Shown piece after piece: positions 1-9,181 of a DNA stretch of 54,848 nt. Origin of the DNA: Basidiobolus meristosporus CBS 931.73 (Eukaryota; Fungi; Basidiobolomycota); the NCBI GenBank assembly GCA_002104905.1, contig MCFE01000594.1, positions 1 through 54,848 of the forward strand. The letters are read 5' to 3'. The first letter of the stretch is position 1, and each line of letters opens with the position of its first letter. The translations under genes and the position numbers were made by a program. The notes under the pieces are model-generated. The model did no database searches. It was not told where the DNA came from and saw only the letters and a list, made by a program, of their open reading frames with translations.

Positions 1-1250
1 CTCAGTATCATCCATGTTTGCTGCAACACCTCCTTCACGCTCCTCTTGGATTTAGCCACTTCCTTGCCCTCTTCCTCTTCTGTGCCCGGTTCCATGTCCT
101 TGTCCCCTTCCTTGCTCTCTTTGTACTCTACCTTCACTCCTGGCATCTACCCGGCTACTGCCTGCTTCCATGCTTCTTGTTTTTTATGAAGGATTATGTC
201 TACTTTCTCCACTTTTATACTCATTTGGATGATATTGGTGGCCCATTCATCATATCTTTCCTTTGAGGTTACTGAGCTTCTTGCTCCTACATAACATCCA
301 TCTAGCCAGTATTTGAATCATTTGATGTACACATAAGTTAAATTTATTCTGTTCTTATTAACACCCTTTTATTTTATTAAAATGCAAAACTACATTGGCA
401 AAATTATTTGGTTTTGGTAATTGTCAATTCTTGTTCCGTCTCTTGGCTGTGCGACTGTTTCTCTACCTGATCTAAGAAGTGATGCAATTGACTATCACTT
501 AATTTATCAGTCTCTGCCTGATTTTCCTTCATATGCTTATAATCCTAATAAGCCACTTGGAGTACTTTATAGTGAGGCAAAGAAGAACTAAGCTGAAGTT
601 TGTTTTGGGACTGCTCCACTGCATTAGCTCATTTTCTCCTCAGGACAACTGAGTCATCTGCCAATTTTTTCCAAGTTTTCTCCAGGTATTTGGGACTTCC
701 AAAGGTACCACTACCAGAACTGGTAATTGTACTGCTCTTCTTGCCGCAATCTTTGTCTATAGTAGACTCTTGGTCTTCCTTTGGAGCGCAAGGATTGCTA
801 TAGTAGAGGCAGCTTTCTCTTTTGGTCTTGATCCCCGAGTAGCGGTCCTTAAGCTTTCCCCTCATGACTTGTTTATTGTCCGTGTTGGTGCTCTACTTGG
901 TGGAGTGTCAGTGAGTGCTGTTTAACTACTAGTTGTTCTCTTCTGTCCTGTAGATTTATATTACTTTCATATACACTTACTTCATCACATTTCACTTTTG
1001 CCTCTCTTGTGACTGTACTCTGGTTTCATTCCTTGACGGCTAGACAAAACCAAGGCCACCGCATATTGGGTGCAGTGGTTTAGTGATCAAAGAGCAAGCT
1101 ATTGATGCTAATATTGATTTTGAGCATATTGTCTAGGAATATCTTGGAACCAACTAGAGTAAATAGTTACTCAATAATTCACATAGTACCACTATTTGCG
1201 CATCAATACTTGCTAACAACAAAGCAATGCTTTTCTATGATGTTCCATTC

Positions 1251-1878
1251 CCACGCGGCTGTTTGTTGATAGTCCGTACAATACACAAGTGAGCGTTTAA
1301 AGTAAGCATCCACACTACTTTCTGGGGGTATGGTTACTGCGTACTATAAAAGTGCGTTAGGGACTCATGTAAAACTATCATGATGAAAAATAAAAGCACT
1401 TTATTACCGCGCGGCTGATGATTGATAACTCCTGCTAGACACAAGTAAACGTAGCAAGTGGGTATCCTTAAAACCTGTTGGGGTATGGTTACTGCGCACT
1501 ATGAAAGTGCGTTAAGGACTCATGTAAACTATCATGATAAAAATAAAAGCACTTTATTGCCACGCGGCTGATGATTGATGACTCCCGCTAGACACAAGTA
1601 AACGTAGCAAGTGGGTATCCTTAAAACCTGTTGGGGTAGGGTTACCGCGCACTATGAAAGTGCGTTAGGGATTCATACAAAACTAGCATGATGAAAAATA
1701 AAAGCATTTCAGTATTGTGCAGCTGATGATTGATGGCTCCCACTAGACACAAGTAGACGTAGCTAGTGGACATCCTTAAAACCTGTTGGGGTATGGCTAC
1801 TGCGTACTTTAAAGTGCGTCAGAAACTCATGTAAAACTATCATGATGAAAAATAAAAGCACTTTTGTACCATGTGGCT
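1251..1878. repeat. Tandem minisatellite, ~154-bp unit, ~4 copies
   Basis: GGGTA(T/G)GG(T/C)TAC(T/C)GCG recurs at 1326, 1481, 1634 and 1789 (periods 155/153/155); diverged partial copy from 1251; last copy ends ~1878. Confidence 0.9.
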
Positions 1879-2394
1879 AAGTTTTACAATTCCTACGGGA
1901 TACATGTGCGCATAGAACATAAGTAGTAGTTGCAATGGTGTCAAATAAAGTTTCTATTATAGCCATAATATATATTGAACTTTGGGATACGCTTTATATT
2001 TGGTAAAAGCAATCGGGTTACAGAAAATTTGTATTGGCCATGAATTTTTTTATCATATTAGGGCCGTGCAATTTATGGTGCCCAAAGCTTATCAAAATAG
2101 GGGATTGTGGCCAGATTGGGATGAATCCCATTAATTATTAGATATACATTAAAAGTAACAATTTATTAAGTAAATAGCCATCAAGACTTATACAGAGCAT
2201 ATGGACAGTATAGGGAGACAAATATTGGCCCAGACATGCCCACTATATGAGCAGACAATGTGCCAATTGTAGGGTAAAAATATTTATGGTTAGGGTGCTA
2301 AGGGTTAGGAGGAGGAATTCTAACCCTCAGGGACCAGAACCAAGAATGAGAGAAAAGTAATCCAACAGGAATTTAAAGAGTATGGGTGCAGTAT

Positions 2395-2505
2395 GGGGGA
2401 TTGCATCCCCCAAACCCCCTGCTTTTTTATTCTCTAGGGGACTGCGTCCCCCAGACCCCCTGCTTTTTTATTCTCTAGGGGACTGCGTCCCCAAGACCCC
2501 CTGCT
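2395..2505. repeat. Three ~41-bp tandem units, each with a GC-rich hairpin
   Basis: GGGGGATTGCATCCCCC (2395-2411) and GGGGACTGCGTCCCC (2437-2451, 2478-2492), each followed by ACCCCCTGCT. Confidence 0.9.
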
Positions 2506-2552
2506 CTTCTATCCTTTTCCTAGTCCTTACTATAACACCTACACCCTAACCC

Positions 2553-3195
2553 TTGGTACCTTATCTTCCAATATCTCCCTGTATCCATGCAGCCAATGGA
2601 ACCTTTGGGTTCTACCCATACCAAATTAAAATGGTCTATCTCCATGCTTCCTTCCTGGTCAAGCTTCAGAAATCACATAACCCCTCCATCAAACAATGGC
2701 TTAAATCTAACTCCTTCCTGAAATCTTCTTGCTGGCACACCCTGGTTGGCTCTGCTGTAGTAATAGAGCTTGCTTCTATATTTCAAAAAGCTGAGAAACC
2801 AAGACCACTGGCTCAGGACCATCTAAGATCAATGTGGCAGAGTGACTTACAAGTCCACACACCTTTCCTACTACACCTAATTCCAGGCTGAGTTCCAGTC
2901 TTGGATTATATTGATCAGAAATATCTACAATTTGTACTTCCCCTAAAACCCTTGAATTCTATATATACCCCTGATGAGCTTTACTTTATTGAAACAAACA
3001 TTACAGATGAAACAAAGCATAAATTAGACTACTTATTAGAGAGATTCTAGACTTCTTAATTGGCTTCTTGATTTGTACTTGGATTAGTTCTTGACTCAAA
3101 TAAAGATTCCACCACTTGGTGACTTTCCTCCCCCCATAACCTTGTCTGAAATCAAATAAAGATTTCACCTACCTTGGTGACTTTCCCTCCCTTAA
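2553..3195 (+). mobile_element. 5'-truncated non-LTR retrotransposon (LINE-like) relic, unit 1
   Basis: Frame 2553-3050 has one internal TGA (2889-2891) and is paralogous over ~165 aa to unit 2. Followed by two AATAAA + CACC..GGTG hairpin tails (~3100, ~3156). Confidence 0.5.
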
Positions 3196-3202
3196 CCCAG
3201 CT

Positions 3203-3884
3203 GACTCCTTCTACTCCAGCAGTTTGTCTTCCCTGTCCTGGAATTTGGCTTACCACTTCTCTCTCTTACTTCTAGAGACTGCACCAAGCTTGACAAGTAT
3301 GCAGTATGGTGCATTACCTCCTTGGTGCCTCATTTGCCTGAGTGCCCCTACAGACATTCTATTGTTGGTGCATTGGGTTTATGCCCTAAAATATCAGACT
3401 TCTCTACCTTAGAACCAGATTATATCTCAGACTTCACCACTGCAACAACCCACTGATTAAGGCTTGGAAGAGTACACACCACACTACACCTGGCTCCTGC
3501 TGGAGAACTATACTTGGAGATCCTGAAGTCAAGAAGTTTGCTCATTATATTCTGCAGTCAGAAAAACCCAAGCTGGACTACCTGAAGTACTTGACAGACC
3601 TTTGGCAGCAATATCTGCAGCAGCACACTCCCTTTTTGATGAATATCAGTCCTTATCACATTCCCCTCATTAATATTGTTCACAAGTCATTCATACCTCT
3701 CTTGCTACCCCCCTTCCCACTGAACAGTGTCTTGAGCACTGAAGAACTATCATCACTTCTTATTAACTTACCTACAAACTCCCCTCAGCTACACACTCTT
3801 GTATCAAAGCTACAACAGTAGTGCTGGCTTCATTGTTTCAACTGAAATAAAGTTTTCACCTGTTGGTGACTGTCTCCCTCCCTC
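3203..3884 (+). mobile_element. 5'-truncated LINE-like relic, unit 2 (post-RT thumb region to ORF end)
   Basis: LLQQFVFPVLEFGLPLLSLTSRDCTKLDKY resembles the 'fvrPvLEYg...kLe' region after non-LTR RT domains. Frameshift near 3388, stop at 3821, AATAAA + TCACC-TGTT-GGTGA tail at ~3846-3870. Confidence 0.6.
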
Positions 3885-3886
3885 AG

Positions 3887-4507
3887 GTGATTGTTTGAGA
3901 TCATATAGTGCCTTTTTAAGCTTGCAGACCAAATGAGGCTTATCTTGGTCAGTAAACCCATTATGCTGGTCCATATACACATGCACATTGAATTATCCAT
4001 TCAAAAATGCAGTTTTTACATTCATATGATGAATAAAAAGCGTATATTTGGCTGCAATAGCCATTATTAATCTGATGGATTTAAGCTTGGCTACTGGTGC
4101 AAAGGTCTCAGTATAGTCAAGTCCTTTTGTGTGAGAGTATCCTTAGGCCACAAGTCTTCCTTTGTATCATTTAATTGTACTATCAGCCTTGTATTTTTTC
4201 TTGAAGACCCATCTGCATCCAATTGATTTTTGGCTGATTGGTAATTTGACTAAGACCCAAGCTTGATATTCCATCAGTGCCTGATATTCCTCAGTCATTG
4301 CGTATCTCCAAAACTTTGTCTGAGGGCTATTTTGGGCCTCTTTTACAGTCTGGGGCTCATCAGTATGGACTGAATAGATATAGGCTGAGTTTGTACCCTC
4401 ATTGATATAGTAATTTGGGCTATTTCTTGTCTGATTCAATCTCTGGGCATTTGATACTGGAATGATCACTTCTGGGATTTTTCCTGGGCACTAATTATGG
4501 CTGAACC
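3887..4507 (-). mobile_element. Ty1/copia element B, distal fragment (IN C-terminus to start of RT), truncated at left
   Basis: ORF 4167-4469 (EPQTVKEA...CRWVFKKKYKAD); continuous with 9182 onward once element A and one TSD copy are removed. Confidence 0.9.
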
Positions 4508-4856
4508 TGTTGTAAGAGTCTTGGAGATATTGGAAGTGATTGGGAGAACAAGTAGATTATGTGGTTTTCACTTAATGATTTATTGAATGTAAAAGTGGTA
4601 TTTATACTTTTACCTGGTCTTGGCATTACAAACACGTAGAATAGATTAAGGAAGGTCCCAAGAACATGTGTGCAAAGTTTGGGGCTGTTTGGACAACTTT
4701 GAGAATTTTCATGCTCTGGGTACCTGGCATTTTGGTGAAAACATTCAAAGTAAATCCCAACAAGGAATTTGGTCAGTATTCTCTAGGATTTGAGGGTAAT
4801 GATCTAAGTGACTAAGTTAGGTGAATATTTAGGTGGAAATTACGAATTTTACAACA
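4508..4856 (-). repeat. 3' LTR of copia A, preceded on the minus strand by PPT CTGAGTGGGAG
   Basis: TG..CA termini; 6 substitutions versus 8833-9181; PPT at 4857-4867 directly after the pol stop. Confidence 0.95.
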
Positions 4857-4867
4857 CTCCCACTCAG

Positions 4868-7800
4868 CTAAATGTTCATACTGACTAGTCCTAATTTTGA
4901 CCTAAGATATTCAAACTTGTCTCTAGCTAATGGTTTGGTAAATATGTCTGCAATCATTTCATCTGTAGGACAGTAATCTAAGCTAACTAAGTTATTCTCT
5001 ATAGCTTCACGTATGAAATGATGTCTAATATCTATGTGCTTGGTTCTAGCATGAAAAGTTGGATTCCTACCTAATTGTATACATCCTTGATTATCTTGAA
5101 ATAAAGTAATAGGCGTTTTTTGACATAGGCCTAAATCTGTAAAGAGCTTTCTTAACCACATTGCTTCTTTTGTAGCTTCACAGGCTGCCATATACTCTGC
5201 CTCTGTGGTAGAAAGTGCTACGGTTGGTTGCTTTCTTGAATTCCATGAAATTGCTCCTTGACAGTAAAGAAAGGTGTATCCTGTGGTGGATCTTCTGTCT
5301 TCTAAATTTCGTCCCCAATCTGCATCAGAGTATCCCACAAGATCTTGTTCTGAGTCCTTATAAGTGTATCTTAAGCAGATATCAGCAGTTCCTTTTAGGT
5401 ATCTAAAAATCCGCTTAACTGCTGCAATATGATCAGATCCATAGCTCTGATTATGTTGGCTGACAACTCCCACTGAATATGAGATATCTGAACATGTTCC
5501 AAGCAAGATATACATCAGACTGCTGACCATAGATTGATAAGGAAAGTCAGGGCTTTCAGATGGCACCAAGCTCTCTTGATTAGGTTGAGTTTTGACCAAG
5601 TTAAGGTTTGTCTCCATTGGGGTAGCTGCAGGTTTACAGTCTTCCATTTTGTACTTCTTTAGTATATCTTGAATATACTTGGATTGGCTTAGGGTAATAG
5701 TCTGGGTACTTCTGTCTATGGAGAACCTAATCCCTAAGTAGTAACTAAGTTCTCCTAGATCGGACATCTTGAACTCCTTAGATAGGCTGGATTTAGTCTC
5801 TTCCAATGTTTCTAGGTTATTGGCGGCTATAATAAGATCATCCACATATAGAGCTAATAGAACTGGATTTGCTCTATCTGGCTTATAGTATATACTATAG
5901 TCAGCATTACTCCTTTTGAAACTCAAAGATTCCAAATAAGAATCTATCTTGCAATTCCAGGCTCTTGGTGATTGTTTGAGACCATATAGTGACTTTTTAA
6001 GCTTGCAGACCAAATGGGGGTTATTTTGGTCAACAAACCCATCAAGCTGGTCCATATACACGTCCTCATCAAGTTCTCCATTCAAAAATGCAGTTTTTAC
6101 ATCCATTTGATGAATAAAAAACTTATATTTGGCTGCAATAGCCAATATTAATCTGATGGAATTAAACTTGGCTACCGGTGCAAAGGTCTCAGTATAGTCA
6201 AGTCCTTTTGTTTGAGAGTATCCTTTGGCTACAAGTCTTGCTTTGTATCTTTCAATTGTACCATCAGCCTTGTATTTTGTCTTAAAGACCCATCTGCATC
6301 CAATTGATTTTTGGTTGATTGGTAATTTGACTAAGTCCCAAGTTTGATTTTCCATCAGGGCCTGATATTCCTCAGTCATTGCAGATCTCCAAAACTTTGT
6401 CTGAGGGCTATTTAGGGCCTATTTTACAGTCTGGGGTTCATCAATATGGACTGAATAGGCATAGGCTAAGTTTGTACCCTCATTGATATAGTAATTTGGG
6501 CTATTTCTTGTCCGATTGGATCTCCGGGCATTTGATACTGGAATGATCACTTCTGGGATATTCCTGGGCACTGATTCTGGCTGAACCACGGTTGTAGAGT
6601 CCTCTGGAGTGAAAAAATTTTCATTGTTTTGCTCTGATTCAATCCTGACAATTGGTGGACTTGAGATCAGATTTTTGTCATCATCTGATGTCATTTTTTG
6701 TGAAAATTTTGAATTTTCATCAAACAACACATCCCTGGACTTGATCAGCTTCTTTGCTTTGGTATTGTAGAGTCTGTATGCCTTACTCTCATTGCAGTAG
6801 CCCAAAAATATGCATTTTACACTTTTTGGCTCAAATTTTGACTGATTTCCAGCCAGTTTTTTGGCATAGGCTGTGCACCCAAATATTCTTAGATGTTCTG
6901 CACTTGGTCTGTATCCATACCATGCTTCAAATGGAGTAGAATCACGAAGTATTCTGTTATAACTCCTATTTTTAAGGTATACAGCAGTGGCAACTGATTC
7001 CGCCCAAAAATCATAGGATAATTTTTGATCATGGATCATAGATCTTGCCATATCAATTATTGACCTGTTAGCTTGTTCTGCTACTCCATTTTGCTGTGGG
7101 GAGTATGGTACAGTAGTCTCTTGCTTTATCCCATGAATTTTGCAGAAGTGGATGAAGAGTTTTGAGGTATATTCTCCACCATTGTCAGAGCGTATTTTCT
7201 TGATTTTTTCACCAGTTTCTCTCTCCACCATGGCTTTAAACTCCCTGAACTTAGACAGAGCTTCTTCCTTTCTCTCCATGAAGTAGACCCATGTGTATCT
7301 TGTATAATCATCAATAAAAGTGATTAAATACTTCATCCCGCCTAAGGATAAATTTTGTATAGGTCCACACAGATCTGAGTGAATTAGATCTAATTTTTTC
7401 TTAGTTTTGATTAACCCAGAGCTCTTGAACAGTTGTCTGGCTTGTTTCCCATATATGCAGGCTTCACAGTGCTCCAAATTAGCTGGGGGATCAACTTTCA
7501 CTCCAGAAATTAGCTGATCTTTGATCATTTTGCGCAAATAATCAAAATTGATGTGCCCAAATCTCCTGTGCCAAAGCATTGGTGTTTCTTCATTTAAGTT
7601 ACTTATATTGGCTTCCAGATATGATGGAATATAAGTCAACTTGTATAGATTCTGATCTCTGATGCCCGAAGCAATATGAGCACCATTTTGATCAGTGATC
7701 CTGCATCCAGAATTGTCAAAACTGAAACTGAGTCCTTCTGCTGTGGCCTTGCTTACAGAGAGTAGGTTCTTGGCTATTTCTGGTACATAGAGTACTTCTT

Positions 7801-8801
7801 TAAAGGTCAGTGTATGGCTTCCTTCACTGCTTCTAAGGTTTACTTGGATAGTTCCTTCTCCCACTGCATCAAGTGTTCTATTGTCACCCATGAAAACCTT
7901 CTTAATTGGAATTTCTTGATATTGGGTAAAAAGTTCTTTTTGGTGTGTAAAGTGTTGAGAAGCTCCAGAGTCAATATACCACGTCTGAGAATCCTTGTTT
8001 GTGGTCATATTTAGTGCAGATATAAATAGTCTATCTTCAGTTGTTGCAGCATTTCCATATTCAGGCTTCTTTTGCTGATAATCTCTCTTTTTGAAACACC
8101 GGTCTGATGTGTGTCCTTTCCTTTTGCAGTAGTTGCAAAATAGGTTGCTGTTGCCTTTGTAGGGTCTTGGGTACCTCCTTTGTTGGTTATCATTGCTTAT
8201 TAAAGCATTTTCTTCTTCCTTCTTATTGGCGCTTGATTTTCTTAATTCTTCATCGAGGAGCCTTCCATTAAGGTCAAATCTTCAGTTCTGGACTCTAGGG
8301 CTGATACAAGGCCCTGAAACCCGTCTGTCAGGCTATTCAGGATGGCAACTATCACATCCTCATCAGTAGTTGGTACGCCCACAGATTCCATCTCATCTAC
8401 CAGCAGGGTATTCTGTTAATTAGATTTTTCATTTCTTCTCCTGGCAGCATCTTTGTAGTAAAGAATTTTCTTCTCAGATACATTTTCTTGGCAGCTGAAC
8501 ATGACTGGTAGGTGTCTTCTAATGCCTTCCAGGCATTCTTTGCTGTTTTTGCTCTTGAGCATTTAATTAGCAATTTGTCCTTGACATTAAGGCAAATGCA
8601 GTTAAAGGCACTTTGTTCTTTCTTCTGGTACTTTAAGGCTTCCTCTCCCACGTTTTTAGGAGGGCATTCTTCTCCCATGACAATATCCCAAAGGCCTCTT
8701 TCTTGTAGCAGCATCTTCATCTTCACCTTCCACACTTGGTAGTTGGATCCATCCAACTTTTCAGCAGAGGGAAAAGTTCCAGTAATAGCAGTAGTAGACA
8801 T
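4868..8801 (-). pseudogene. Copia A gag-pol polyprotein, disrupted
   Basis: MSTTAITG.. from 8801; zinc knuckle CNYCKRKGHTSDRC; PR WYIDSGAS; IN HRRFGH..CEAC, HSDLCGP, RSDNGGE; RT YVDDL; RH GYSDADW. Versus sister copies: 1-bp deletion ~8410, 10-bp deletion ~8268, GAG>TAG at 6419-6421. Confidence 0.93.
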
Positions 8802-8820
8802 TGCAGAGAGTGACAGCTCG

Positions 8821-8832
8821 GGGCTCATAACC
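8821..8832 (-). promoter_or_regulatory. Primer-binding site GGTTATGAGCCC (tRNA-iMet half-molecule type)
   Basis: Directly after the 5' LTR; same 12-mer at 11429-11440, 31042-31053 and 39967-39978; matches the Ty5/copia Hemivirus-type PBS. Confidence 0.88.
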
Positions 8833-9181
8833 TGTTGTAAGAGTCTTGGAGATATTGGAAGTGATTGGGAGAACAAGTAGATTATGTGGTTTTCACTTAA
8901 TGATTTATTGAATGTAAAAGTGGTATTTATACTTTTACCTGGTCTTGGCATTACAAACACGTAGAATAGGTTAAGGAAGGTCCCAAGAACATGTGTGCAA
9001 AGTTTGGGGCTGCTTGGACAACTTTGAGAATTTTCATGTTCTGGGTACCTGGCATTTTGGTGAAAATATTCAAAGTAAATCCCAACAAGGAATTTGGTCA
9101 GTATTCTCTAGGATTTGAGGGTAATGATCCAAGTGACTAAGTTAGGTGAATATTTAGGTGGAAATTACAAATTTTACAACA
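8833..9181 (-). repeat. 5' LTR of copia A
   Basis: TG..CA termini; TATAAATA on the minus strand at 8931-8924; AATAAA downstream; followed by the PBS. Confidence 0.95.

Larger units (their letters stand above)
4508..9181 (-). mobile_element. Full-length Ty1/copia element A (4674 bp), inserted inside element B
   Basis: 349-bp LTRs at 4508-4856 and 8833-9181 (TGTTG..CAACA), 5-bp TSD GAACC at 4503-4507 and 9182-9186, PBS, PPT, gag-PR-IN-RT-RH order. Confidence 0.97.

Noticed and set aside
18-900. Short ORFs and purine-rich minus-strand frames at the window start
   Set aside because: Low complexity, interrupted by stops, no recognisable domain.
1415-1729. Hammerhead ribozyme or box C/D snoRNA call for the 154-bp units
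   Set aside because: CTGATGA is present, but there is no GAAA after a stem II and no consistent stem I/III; C-to-D spacing is too short with no terminal stem. Kept only as a hypothesis.
2288-2310. Telomere-like TTAGGG sequence
   Set aside because: Only one or two imperfect units; not a telomeric tract.
8833-8960. Gag N-terminal extension starting within the LTR, open in several copies
   Set aside because: Its start codon lies upstream of the LTR TATA box (8931-8924), so it would not be in the element transcript.
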